From Ilumatobacteraceae bacterium (GTDB lineage Bacteria > Actinomycetota > Acidimicrobiia > Acidimicrobiales > Ilumatobacteraceae), in NCBI GenBank assembly GCA_963728195.1, contig CAVSIX010000007.1, positions 206,139 through 270,138 of the forward strand: a DNA stretch of 64,000 bases, written 5' to 3'. A model generated the notes under the pieces. It did no database searches, was not told the origin of the DNA, and was given only the letters and a program-made list of their open reading frames with translations. This document shows positions 18,906-28,204 of this stretch, in pieces. Within the stretch, counting starts at the first letter, position 1. Every line of letters starts with the position of its first letter. Both the position numbers and the translations under genes were made by a program.

Positions 18906-20528
18906 TCAGCCCGACACCGGGATCTGCACGCTGAAGACCACCTCGTCGAACTCGCCGTAGCGAGCGGTGACCTCGAAGGTCCAGAGGCCGGCCACCGGTA
19001 GGTCGACAGCGGTGCCGACCACGTGGTTCACCCCGGCCGGGAACGTCTCGATGTCGAACGGAGGGATGTCGTCTGCGGGCAGTTCGGCCGTCACCGTGAT
19101 CTCGTCGGCCCGGTCGAGCGCTCCGGACGGCGAGGTGACATAGATGTGCATCTCGGTACCGCCGGTCACCGCCGGGTCGAGTTCGACCTGGGCGACGCGT
19201 TCGCCCACCACCGCCGACGCCGAGGCGATCTCGGCGATGTCGAGCGGTGGCGGTGAGTTCACCAATCCGGCGGTCGCCCCGAGGATCAGCACCATGCCGG
19301 CGACCTCGAACGCCATCGAACGCCGCAGGATGCCGCTGGCATCGTCGTCACGAGTGTGGATCGTCCGACGGTTGAACGCCGCCAGGGCGACGACGACCGC
19401 GACGATCACCAGCTTGATCACCAACCAGCGGCCGTAGCTCGAGTCGGTCAACCCGGCGAGCGACCCGAGCTGCCGCCATGCGTTGACGGTGCCGGTGACG
19501 GCCAGTGCCACCACCGCTCCCAGCGCCCAGGGCGAGAACCGTCCCACCGTCGCCCAGAACTGCCCGGCTGCCGGGGCGACGAGGACGAGCGCGAGCCCTC
19601 CGACCCAGATCGACATCGCGGCGAGGTGCACGAGCGTCGCGATGAATGCGATCACGATCGCGTCGCCCGAGATCGCATGGCCACCGGCAGCGACCACGCC
19701 GAGCACGCCGAGCCCGAGTGCACCGGCCACGACCGCCCCGCCACGCACCACCAGCCGGGATCGCAGCGGGATCAGGATGCTGAACATGGCGATCGCCACG
19801 AGCCTTGCGATCCACCACTGACCTGACTGGGTGTCCGCCACCGATCCCCACGCGACGAACGAACCACCGATGAGGTTCGCCTGGGCGGCGATCATCCACA
19901 GCGTGCCGACGAAGGCCAGTTCGGCGGCGATGACGAGCAGGGCACCGACTCGACGGGCACCGATCACCGACGGGGTCAGCGCGATGGCGAGCACCAGGCC
20001 GCCGACCAGAATCGCGACCCCGGCGTAACTGACGAACCGTCCGACACCGAGCAGGAAGTCCTCGGAACTGCTGCTCGAACCGCCGTCGAACAGCCCGTCG
20101 AGGACGCCCGGGGTGACCGACGACGGCACGCCGACCGAGAACGTGAACGAACCGCGAACCCGATGGGAGTCGGCGGACACCGCCTGCCACGCAACGACGT
20201 AGGAGCCGTCGTCGAGTGTCGACGGGATCGATGCCCGCATGCGGTCCGATCCGGCCGACTGGTCGACATCTCCGAGCGCGACGTCGTTGCCGTTCGAGTC
20301 GACCAGCCGGATGCCGGGCTCGATCGGGTCGACCCCTTCGGTGAACTGCAGCGCGATCTCGGTCGGTGAGACCTCGAGGAGTTGCTGATTGGCGGGAAAC
20401 GACGACAGCAGCTCGGCGTGAGCCCAAGCCGTACCGGCAGCAGCGAGGATGCCCAGCACGACGACGACCATCCCGACGAGGGCGGCGGCGCGGCTGCGGA
20501 GGGGCGAGTTCTCGGCGGTCACCAGCAC
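18906..20528 (-). CDS. copper resistance protein, CopC-CopD fusion
   Basis: Signal/TM segment, then a CopC domain beginning AHAELLSSFP, about 8 TM helices (CopD-like), and a C-terminal extracytoplasmic domain. Start uncertain: GTG 20528 or ATG 20471. Confidence 0.8.
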   Translation of the reverse strand: MLVTAENSPLRSRAAALVGMVVVVLGILAAAGTAWAHAELLSSFPANQQLLEVSPTEIALQFTEGVDPIEPGIRLVDSNGNDVALGDVDQSAGSDRMRASIPSTLDDGSYVVAWQAVSADSHRVRGSFTFSVGVPSSVTPGVLDGLFDGGSSSSSEDFLLGVGRFVSYAGVAILVGGLVLAIALTPSVIGARRVGALLVIAAELAFVGTLWMIAAQANLIGGSFVAWGSVADTQSGQWWIARLVAIAMFSILIPLRSRLVVRGGAVVAGALGLGVLGVVAAGGHAISGDAIVIAFIATLVHLAAMSIWVGGLALVLVAPAAGQFWATVGRFSPWALGAVVALAVTGTVNAWRQLGSLAGLTDSSYGRWLVIKLVIVAVVVALAAFNRRTIHTRDDDASGILRRSMAFEVAGMVLILGATAGLVNSPPPLDIAEIASASAVVGERVAQVELDPAVTGGTEMHIYVTSPSGALDRADEITVTAELPADDIPPFDIETFPAGVNHVVGTAVDLPVAGLWTFEVTARYGEFDEVVFSVQIPVSG

Positions 20529-20538
20529 GGGAGTCTCG

Positions 20539-21336
20539 TCAGCTGGCGTCGGGGGGCGTGTCGGCCCGTGCCTGGCGGGAGCGGAAGACGACGTACGCAC
20601 CCAGGGCGAGCACAGCGGCGATCGATGCGATGAAGATGACGGTGCCGGTGCCGGAGTTGCCCGTCTCCTCCTCGCTGGTTGCGATGAGCGCGGGTTCGCT
20701 GGTGCCTGGCACGGCACTCGGCTCGGTCGTCGGGTCGGTTGTCGCGGCCGGCACGGTGGAGGTCGGCGCTTCGGTGGTCGTCGCTTCGGTGACTTCGGGC
20801 TCGGTGAGTTCGGGCTCGGTGACCGGTGCTTCGGTCGCCTCCGGCTCGGCGGGCGGCGCGGCGACCGGTCCCGTCAGTTCCATTGCGGGTGCCGGCTCGT
20901 CGAGCTCGTCACCCGGCTCGGCGGGAATCCCGATCCAGCGGATCTCGCCGACTTCGCAACGCTGCACGAACGGGAAGTAGATCGTCGCATCAGGCGTCGG
21001 CGGCAGGGTCATCGTCACGGAAAATGTTCCCTCGACGTCGTCGGCCAGCGGTCCACCGGCGAACGTCACGATCGTGTCGCCGTCGACGACGTCGACCGAA
21101 CCCTCCCAGCCGTCGACGGCCTCGGCAATCGGGTCGGTGACGCCCTCGGGCAATCGCATGTCGAGCTGCACGGTGGGCGAACCGGTGCAACCGTGTTCGA
21201 CCGTGAACCCGACCGTCTGGCGCGAGCCCGCTTGCGCCTGGGCCGGATCGGGATCGATGTGTGCCGATGCGACACCACCGGTGGCGAAAAGGACCGTCGA
21301 ACTGACGGCGGCAGCGAGGGCGAGTCGACGGATCAT
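20539..21336 (-). CDS. YcnI family (DUF1775) copper-binding cell-surface protein
   Basis: Signal peptide ending ASA-HIDP, FTVEHGC motif, Thr/Pro/Glu-rich linker, and a C-terminal TM anchor. Confidence 0.8.
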   Translation of the reverse strand: MIRRLALAAAVSSTVLFATGGVASAHIDPDPAQAQAGSRQTVGFTVEHGCTGSPTVQLDMRLPEGVTDPIAEAVDGWEGSVDVVDGDTIVTFAGGPLADDVEGTFSVTMTLPPTPDATIYFPFVQRCEVGEIRWIGIPAEPGDELDEPAPAMELTGPVAAPPAEPEATEAPVTEPELTEPEVTEATTTEAPTSTVPAATTDPTTEPSAVPGTSEPALIATSEEETGNSGTGTVIFIASIAAVLALGAYVVFRSRQARADTPPDAS

Positions 21337-21400
21337 GGCGCCGCAAGGTTACGGGCCTGTGTGCGGTTCACCCGTACAGGCCGCTCCGTACACTGTGACG

Positions 21401-22090
21401 ATGCGTTCCTCGCTGCGAGTCGACGATTCCGACGCCGTCGACGTCGATGCGCCAGCCGCCGACGACTCACTCTCCGACGCCGCCGCGCAGCGCTTGTTGC
21501 GACTGGTCCTGGTCGTGTTGGTCACCGCCGTCGTCACCGGTCTGTTCGCCGGTGCGGCCATCTGGGCCCTCGGTGCTGACGATGAGCCCGCCGCACCGAT
21601 GAACGCCGTCGACGTCGGGTTCCTGCAGGACATGCTCGACCACCACGATCAGGCATTGCTGATCTCGAACCTGTACCTCGACGGCCAGCCGCAGGGCGAT
21701 GCCGCTCCGTACGCCCGAGAAGTGATCATGTTCCAGACCCGCGACATCGGCTGGATGGAGGACTGGCTCGCCGAGGAGGGCTACTCGCGCGGGGCGCCGG
21801 GGCGCATGGCGATGACGTGGATGGACGAGCCGACACCGGTGGCCGACATGACCGGAATGCAGACGCCCGAGCGACTGCAGCAGCTGTCCGACGCGCGCGG
21901 CACCCGAGCCGACCGCCTGTTCTTCGAGATCATGAGCGACCATCACCTCGGCGGGGTCCACATGGCCGACCATGCGGCTGCCAACGGGGCTCGCGAAGAG
22001 ATCACCGAGTTCGCAGAAGCCGTCTCGCGCAATCAGCGCATCGAGGTGGTCGAGTACCAGCGCGCGATGGAGCGCCTCGGCCTCACCTGA
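21401..22090 (+). CDS. DUF305 domain protein (copper-cluster associated)
   Basis: One TM helix and two His-rich helices (MLDHHDQAL; IMSDHHLGGVHMA). It is divergent from the ycnI-copCD genes. Confidence 0.8.
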   Translation: MRSSLRVDDSDAVDVDAPAADDSLSDAAAQRLLRLVLVVLVTAVVTGLFAGAAIWALGADDEPAAPMNAVDVGFLQDMLDHHDQALLISNLYLDGQPQGDAAPYAREVIMFQTRDIGWMEDWLAEEGYSRGAPGRMAMTWMDEPTPVADMTGMQTPERLQQLSDARGTRADRLFFEIMSDHHLGGVHMADHAAANGAREEITEFAEAVSRNQRIEVVEYQRAMERLGLT

Positions 22091-22134
22091 CCCGGGCGCC
22101 AACTCGACCTCCGGCCACGCGGCCCACTCGCGTT

Positions 22135-22177
22135 CTCGTGAACTTCGTCACCCCTGAGAGGTGAAGAAGTTCACGAG
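22135..22177. terminator. strong hairpin between convergent gene ends
   Basis: CTCGTGAACTTCGTCACC-CCTGAGA-GGTGAAGAAGTTCACGAG, between the DUF305 stop (22090) and the pcrA stop (22197). Confidence 0.6.
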
Positions 22178-22196
22178 ATGGCGAAATCGGGTCGGG

Positions 22197-24590
22197 TCAG
22201 AGCTTCTTGAGGGGGGCCCAGGCGAGGGCGAGGTGCTTGGTGCCCGTGCCGGGGAAGTTGATCGTCGCCTCGGCCTTCTCGCCGGTGCCGGAGATGTCGA
22301 TGATGACACCGGCGCCGAAGGCAGGATGCTCGACGTCGTCGCCGATGCGGAGCCCGAGGTCCTGGCTGTTCGACGGTGTCGGCGCCGGCTTCGAGCCCGA
22401 CCGGATCGCCGCTTCGACCACACGATCTCGGTGCTCCTCCTGGGCCGCCTTCGCGTCGAGGATGTCGGCGTTGATGTCGCGACCGCCGCCACCGCTCCCC
22501 CGGCGGTAGGGCGGCGGGTCGCCGTAGCCGGAGTCACGGCGTCGATAGCTCTGGCGGCCATAGCTCGAGCGACCCGTGACGTTGCCCTTCGACTCGATCA
22601 GGCTCGGCGGGATCTCGTCGAAGAACCGTGACGGCGGGTTGTACTGCGTCGAGCCGAACAGCTGACGGCTCCAGGCGTGCGACATGTACAGCCGCTTCAT
22701 GGCGCGGGTGATGCCCACGTAGGCGAGGCGGCGTTCCTCCTCCATCTCGGCGGGTTCGGTCAGCGCCCGGATGTGCGGGAAGATGCCCTCCTCGCACCCG
22801 ACGAGGAACACGACGGGGAACTCCAGGCCCTTGGCGGAATGGAGCGTCATCAGCACGACTTGATCCTCGATCTCGCCGTCGGGCAGATCGTCCGTGTCGG
22901 CGACGAGCGCGACCTGCTCGAGGAACTCGTCCATCACCGTGAACTCGCGGGCCGAACCGACCAGCTCGCCGAGGTTCTCGATGCGGGTGTGCGCCTCGAT
23001 CGTGTCCTCGGCTTCGAGCTCGGCGAGATACCCCGAGCCGTCGAGTGCGGCCTGCAGCACGTCGCCGGGACCCTGATCGGGGTCGGCGACGACCGCGGCC
23101 ATTGCGTCGAGTAGATCGACGAACGAGGCGATGCCACGGACCGCCGGCCCCGTGATGCCCGCCTCGTCGGCGCGGCGCAGTGCCCCGGCGAACGCGATGC
23201 CCTCGCCGGCGGCGAACGAGTCGAGCTTGGCGACGCTGGCGTCACCGATGCCGCGCTTGGGCACGTTGAGCACCCGTTTGACGCTGACCTCGTCGGCCGG
23301 GTTGATGACGGCGCGGAGATAGGCCATTGCATCCTTGATCTCGCGCCGGTCGTAGAAGCGCGTCCCGCCGACGACCTTGTACGGAACGCCGAGGCGCATG
23401 AACGCCTCCTCGATCACCCGGCTCTGTGCGTTGGTGCGGTAGAGCACGGCCATCTCGCGGAAGTTGGTGGCATCGTCGGCGTGCAGCTGGCGGGCGGTGC
23501 CGGCGACCCACGTGGCCTCGTCGCCTTCGTCCTCGGCGTGGTAGCGCACGATGCGCTCCCCCGTGCCGCTGTCGGTCCACAGCGACTTGGGCTTGCGTTC
23601 GACGTTGTTGTCGATCACCGCGTTGGCCGCATCGAGGATCGTCTGCGTACTGCGGTAGTTCTGATCGAGGATCACGGTGGTGACGTCGGGGAACGCCTCC
23701 TCGAACTCGAGGATGTTGCGAAAATCCGCCCCGCGAAACTTGTACACGCTCTGATCGGTGTCACCCACGACGCAGACGTTGCGGTGGCCGTCGGCGAGCA
23801 GCAGCACCAGTTCGTTCTGCGCCTGGTTCGTGTCCTGGTACTCGTCGACCAGGATGTGCTGGAACCGCTGGCGGTAGTGCTCGAGCACGTCGCCGTGCTC
23901 GCGGAACAGCTTGACCGTGTTGGTCAACAGGTCGTCGAAGTCCATCGCGCCCGCCTTGTGGAGGCGGGCCTGGTACTCGGCGTAGACGTCGGCGTGCTTG
24001 CGGTCGAAGATGTTCTGGGCCCGCCGCTGGGCTTCGTCGGGGTCGATCAGCTCGTTCTTCCAGAGACTGATGATCGCGTGCACCCCGCGCGGCGTGAACC
24101 GTTTCGGGTCGAGGCCCAGATCGCGGATGACGTAGCTGGTCAGCCGGTTGGAGTCGGCGGCGTCGTAGATCGAGAACTGACGCGGATAGCCGAGCACGTC
24201 GGCGTTGGCCCGCAGGATGCGCACGCACGCCGAGTGGAACGTGGACACCCACATCGTCTTCACCACGGGCCCGACCAGGGCTCCGACCCGCTCGCGCATC
24301 TCGGCGGCGGCCTTGTTCGTGAACGTGATCGCGAGGATCTTCGAGGGGTGCACGCCGTTGTGGACCAGGTGGGCGATGCGATGGGTCAGCACCCGTGTCT
24401 TGCCCGAGCCGGCGCCGGCGATCACCAACAGCGGGCCGGACTCGTGGGCGACCGCATCGAGCTGGTCCGGATTCAGACCTTCGGCGAACGGCGACGGGCC
24501 GCGATCGACGAATGCATCGGGCGACGCACCGTCGGCGGGATGGGGGATGTCGTCGGCGAACAGCTCGTCGTCAGTCATGTCGGCGACCAC
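22197..24590 (-). CDS. pcrA: ATP-dependent DNA helicase PcrA/UvrD (SF1)
   Basis: AGAGSGKT (motif I), DEYQDTN (motif II), VGDTDQSVYKFRGA (motif III), TLHSAKGLEFPVVFL, and RRLAYVGITRA. The track start is GTG 24590; an alternative ATG lies at 24578. Confidence 0.93.
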   Translation of the reverse strand: MVADMTDDELFADDIPHPADGASPDAFVDRGPSPFAEGLNPDQLDAVAHESGPLLVIAGAGSGKTRVLTHRIAHLVHNGVHPSKILAITFTNKAAAEMRERVGALVGPVVKTMWVSTFHSACVRILRANADVLGYPRQFSIYDAADSNRLTSYVIRDLGLDPKRFTPRGVHAIISLWKNELIDPDEAQRRAQNIFDRKHADVYAEYQARLHKAGAMDFDDLLTNTVKLFREHGDVLEHYRQRFQHILVDEYQDTNQAQNELVLLLADGHRNVCVVGDTDQSVYKFRGADFRNILEFEEAFPDVTTVILDQNYRSTQTILDAANAVIDNNVERKPKSLWTDSGTGERIVRYHAEDEGDEATWVAGTARQLHADDATNFREMAVLYRTNAQSRVIEEAFMRLGVPYKVVGGTRFYDRREIKDAMAYLRAVINPADEVSVKRVLNVPKRGIGDASVAKLDSFAAGEGIAFAGALRRADEAGITGPAVRGIASFVDLLDAMAAVVADPDQGPGDVLQAALDGSGYLAELEAEDTIEAHTRIENLGELVGSAREFTVMDEFLEQVALVADTDDLPDGEIEDQVVLMTLHSAKGLEFPVVFLVGCEEGIFPHIRALTEPAEMEEERRLAYVGITRAMKRLYMSHAWSRQLFGSTQYNPPSRFFDEIPPSLIESKGNVTGRSSYGRQSYRRRDSGYGDPPPYRRGSGGGGRDINADILDAKAAQEEHRDRVVEAAIRSGSKPAPTPSNSQDLGLRIGDDVEHPAFGAGVIIDISGTGEKAEATINFPGTGTKHLALAWAPLKKL

Positions 24591-24652
24591 TCTAGAGAGC
24601 GGGTGTCACGGCGCAGATCGCCTCGACCGTCGCATCGTGATTCACTTGCGTC

Positions 24653-25303
24653 ATGGAGTACACCGTCGTCACACCCGGGGAATTCGCTGAGCTCGAGGGA
24701 CTCGGCGACTGGAGGTTCGTCCTCGGTTCGATCCACGCCACGTTCAGTGCGCCGAGCTTCCCCGGCGGCGCTGGACTGATCGGGACGATCGCCGAGATCG
24801 CCGAAGCCCACGCGCATCATCCCGACGTCGAGCTCCGCTACCCGGGTCGGGTGCACGTCCTGCTGACGACGCATGCGACCGGAACGCTCACGACGTCGGA
24901 CGTCGACGTCGCCCGCGCCATCTCCGCAGCAGCGGCAGAGATCGACGCCACGTCCGATCCGTCCGACACTCAGGCGTTGGAGATCGGCATCGACACGATG
25001 GATGCCGACCGGATCCGGCCGTTCTGGGCCGCCGTGCTCGGCTACCGCGACCGCAGTGGAAACCTGGTCGACCCGACGGGCAACGGACCGGCGATCTGGT
25101 TCCAACAGATGGCCGAGCCACGTACCCAGCGCAACCGCATCCACATCGACGTCAGCGTGCCCCACGACGAAGCCCGGCAACGGGTGCAAGACGCACTCGG
25201 CGCCGGCGGCGTCATGGTCTCCGACGACCATGCACCATCGTGGTGGGTCCTCGCCGACGCCGACGGCAACGAAGCCTGCGTCTGCACCTGGCAGGACCGC
25301 TGA
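24653..25303 (+). CDS. fusion of pterin-4a-carbinolamine dehydratase-like domain and VOC/glyoxalase-like domain
   Basis: The N-terminal half has the PCD-like HHPD...L.TH pattern (EAHAHHPDVELRYPGRVHVLLTTH). The C-terminal half is glyoxalase-like (FWAAVLGY...RIHIDVSV...WWVLADADGNEACV). Confidence 0.7.
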   Translation: MEYTVVTPGEFAELEGLGDWRFVLGSIHATFSAPSFPGGAGLIGTIAEIAEAHAHHPDVELRYPGRVHVLLTTHATGTLTTSDVDVARAISAAAAEIDATSDPSDTQALEIGIDTMDADRIRPFWAAVLGYRDRSGNLVDPTGNGPAIWFQQMAEPRTQRNRIHIDVSVPHDEARQRVQDALGAGGVMVSDDHAPSWWVLADADGNEACVCTWQDR

Positions 25304-25319
25304 CTCTGACACGCGCTCC

Positions 25320-25358
25320 GATGAGCGAGACGCCGGTATCTGGTCGGTTCGCTCATCG
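25320..25358. repeat. hairpin repeat, family B, copy 1
   Basis: GATGAGCGAGACGCCGGTATCTGGTCGGTTCGCTCATCG, with terminal arms GATGAGCGA / TCGCTCATC. Confidence 0.85.
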
Positions 25359-25380
25359 TTGCCGTGGCCACACTCGTTCC

Positions 25381-25419
25381 GATGAGCGAGACGCCGGTAT
25401 CTGGTCGGTTCGCTCATCG
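25381..25419. repeat. hairpin repeat, family B, copy 2 (tandem, 61-bp period)
   Basis: Identical 39-mer placed 61 bp after copy 1, between convergent gene ends 25303 and 25436. Confidence 0.85.
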
Positions 25420-25435
25420 CTCGCGCCGAGCTCGA

Positions 25436-26272
25436 TCAGCCGGGCGGGCGGAGCGTGACCGAGCCGTTCGTGCTGGAGAGATCGATCACGAACTCGCTGG
25501 ACGGATCGGTTCGTACGAAGTTGTCGGTCGATCCGTTGTCGGATCGAAGGTCCACGCGGTACAGGACGTCGGCGTCGGGCACGACGACGTCGATGCGCCC
25601 GTTGCTCGTCTGCGCCGACACCGACGTCGGTGGGTCGACGAACGACAGCTCGATGCTGCCGTTGTCGGTGTCGGCCGTCACCACGGCCGCCGACAGTCGT
25701 CGCCCCGTGATGGCGCCGTTGTCGTTGGAGACGCGGATGTCGCCGCTGACGTCTTCCAGATCGATCGACCCGTTGTCGTTGTCGACGTCGATCGGGCCGC
25801 TCGCACCACGGAGACGAACCGATCCGTTCGACGCGTCCACGACGAGCGGTCGGTCGGCCGGGACCCGCAACGTGTAGTCGACCGAGCACCACGGCGACCC
25901 GAAGGCGGGACAACTCCCTCGGACGACGAGCTGGTCACCGACGATCCTGCTCGAGATCCGGGTCGACTGCCAGCCGTTGGTCACATCGGCGACGACGGTG
26001 ATCTCTTCGCCATCGGTCGCATCGATCGTGATCGAGCCGTTCTCGTTGCGGAGATCCACCGACACGACTTCAGCGGCGACGAAGGTCTCCGTGGTCGTGT
26101 ACTGCGAGCGCGCGAGCAGGCTGAGGACGTTGTAGGTGCCCCACCCGAGTGTCGCGATCGCGAGCATGGCGCCCGGGATCAGCCAGGCCGTCCGCACCGC
26201 CCTCGACGGGGGGCGCGCCGGCGGGGTCGACAGGTCGGGCGTGGGCGGGGGCAGTGTCGATGTGTCGGTCAT
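25436..26272 (-). CDS. DUF4097 family beta-strand repeat protein (LiaG-like)
   Basis: N-terminal TM helix followed by repeated NGS(I/V) strand motifs: NENGSITIDA, SNGSVRLRG, DNGSIDLED, DNGAITGRR, DNGSIELSF, SNGRIDVVV. Confidence 0.8.
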   Translation of the reverse strand: MTDTSTLPPPTPDLSTPPARPPSRAVRTAWLIPGAMLAIATLGWGTYNVLSLLARSQYTTTETFVAAEVVSVDLRNENGSITIDATDGEEITVVADVTNGWQSTRISSRIVGDQLVVRGSCPAFGSPWCSVDYTLRVPADRPLVVDASNGSVRLRGASGPIDVDNDNGSIDLEDVSGDIRVSNDNGAITGRRLSAAVVTADTDNGSIELSFVDPPTSVSAQTSNGRIDVVVPDADVLYRVDLRSDNGSTDNFVRTDPSSEFVIDLSSTNGSVTLRPPG

Positions 26273-26294
26273 GGTCGCAGTCCCATCTGGTCGG

Positions 26295-26939
26295 TCAGTC
26301 CTTCAGCCACTGGAGCACCGCGAGCACGCGGCGGTGATCGTCGGGCGCAGGTGGCAGGTCGAGCTTGGTGAAGATGTTGCCGACGTGCTTCTCGACGGCC
26401 TTGTCGCTGACGACGAGCGTGCGGGCGATCGCCGTGTTGGAACGTCCCTCGGCCATCAGTTCGAGGACTTCACGTTCACGTGGGGTCAGCCGCTCGAGCG
26501 GGTCGAGCTGACGGCTCCTCGCGAGCAGTTGCGCCACCACCTCGGGGTCGAGCACGGTCGCGCCGTCCGCCACTCGACGGACCGCTCCGAGGAACTCGCT
26601 GATCTCGGCGATGCGGTCCTTCAGCAGGTAGCCGATCGACGACGTGTTGGCGCCGAGCAGGTCGGTGGCGTACTGCGCTTCGACGTACTGCGAGAGCACC
26701 AGGAGACCGATCTCGGGCAGCTCGGTGCGGATCCGGAGTGCGGCACGCAGACCGTCGTCGGTGTGGGTCGGGGGCATGCGCACGTCGACGATCGCCAGAT
26801 CGGGATGGTGCAGGTGGACGACACGGATCAGTTCGTCGGCATCCCCGACCGTCGCCACCACCTCCTCGCCGGCATCGGCGAGGATGCGCGTGAGTCCGGC
26901 GCGCAACAACACCGAATCCTCGGCGATCACGATCCGCAC
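26295..26939 (-). CDS. response regulator, NarL/LuxR family
   Basis: REC domain (MRIVIAEDS...[11 protein letters not shown]) plus a LuxR HTH ([35 protein letters not shown]). Confidence 0.92.
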   Translation of the reverse strand: MRIVIAEDSVLLRAGLTRILADAGEEVVATVGDADELIRVVHLHHPDLAIVDVRMPPTHTDDGLRAALRIRTELPEIGLLVLSQYVEAQYATDLLGANTSSIGYLLKDRIAEISEFLGAVRRVADGATVLDPEVVAQLLARSRQLDPLERLTPREREVLELMAEGRSNTAIARTLVVSDKAVEKHVGNIFTKLDLPPAPDDHRRVLAVLQWLKD

Positions 26940-28198
26940 GGCAACTCCACCATGATCGTCGTCGGGCCGCCGTCAGGACTGATCACGTACGTCGCGCCGC
27001 CCAGCCCGGCCACCCGCTCGCGCAGCCCAGCGAGTCCGCTGCCCTTCGACGCATCGGCTCCTCCGCAACCGTTGTCGCGGACTTCGACGACCAAGCGGTC
27101 GGCCGTGCGCGCGATGGTGACATGGGCCCGCGTTGCACCACTGTGCCGGGCGACGTTGGTCAACGCCTCGGTGACGACGAAGTACGCTGCGCTCTCGACG
27201 GCAGCCGGCGGCCGTTCGGCGACCTGCACGTCGAGGACGACCGGCACCGGTGACCGCGCCACCACTGCGGAGAGTGCTGCGTCGATGCCGCGGTCCTCGA
27301 GGATCACCGGGTGGATCCCGCGCACGAGGTCTCGGATCTCGCTCAACGCCGCCTTGGCCTCGCCGTGGGCGGCGGCCACCATCGCCTTGCCGGCCTCCGG
27401 ATCGTCGTCGAGTTGCTCGCGGGCGGCGCCGAGTGTGGCGGCGAGGGCCACGAGGCGTTGCTGTGCGCCGTCGTGGAGATCGCGCTCGATCCGTCGACGC
27501 TCGGCCTCGGCCGAGTCCACGGCTGCGGTCCGCCGGGTCTGCGCTTCGACGACCTGCGCGCCGAGTCGCTCCTGATCGGTCGGACCGAGCAACCGGTTGG
27601 CCATACGCCACTGCAGCTCGGCGACGCCGAGGGTCACCCACGGCGCCACGAGCGCCACGCCGATCATGCCGACGACCGGCGCCAGCCATCGTGCGGGGTC
27701 CGACGCCTCCACGTCGAACAGGAAGAACTTGGCGCTGTCGTCGGGCATCGTGCCGATGAACAACGGCAGCGTCAGCATCGCCAACGATCCGCACCAGGCG
27801 ACGGTCGCCACCAGGTAGCCCACGACGCTCACCGGCAGGATCGCCATGTGGTGGCCGAATTCCCGCCATCGAGCGCCGGACCGCAACCGCTCGCCGAGGC
27901 GCCGCCACCGGCTGGTCGCACGAAACGGTGGGACCGACTCGGCGATCGGTTCACCGATCAAGCCCGCTCGCGATCGCTCGAGGCGGGCGAGGCCGTGCGA
28001 CACGATCGAGGTCAGCCAGGCGAGCGGCACACCCACGAGGAAGAATGGCAGAAGGCTCACCGACAGTGCGGCCATCACGACGACGATGACGAACGTGATG
28101 ATCGCGATCGGCAGCCCGAGCGCCACGTGCGCGGCCGCACGGAGGAGACGTCCGGGATGGCTCCACGGGCGGAAGAGATTTCCCATGACTCGACGCAC
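26927..28198 (-). CDS. sensor histidine kinase (HisKA_3 type, multi-TM sensor domain)
   Basis: N-terminal TM sensor region, H-box [12 protein letters not shown], and HATPase_c ([11 protein letters not shown]). It overlaps the regulator gene by 13 nt. Confidence 0.9.
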   Translation of the reverse strand: MRRVMGNLFRPWSHPGRLLRAAAHVALGLPIAIITFVIVVVMAALSVSLLPFFLVGVPLAWLTSIVSHGLARLERSRAGLIGEPIAESVPPFRATSRWRRLGERLRSGARWREFGHHMAILPVSVVGYLVATVAWCGSLAMLTLPLFIGTMPDDSAKFFLFDVEASDPARWLAPVVGMIGVALVAPWVTLGVAELQWRMANRLLGPTDQERLGAQVVEAQTRRTAAVDSAEAERRRIERDLHDGAQQRLVALAATLGAAREQLDDDPEAGKAMVAAAHGEAKAALSEIRDLVRGIHPVILEDRGIDAALSAVVARSPVPVVLDVQVAERPPAAVESAAYFVVTEALTNVARHSGATRAHVTIARTADRLVVEVRDNGCGGADASKGSGLAGLRERVAGLGGATYVISPDGGPTTIMVELPCGS

Positions 28199-28204
28199 GA
28201 TAAT

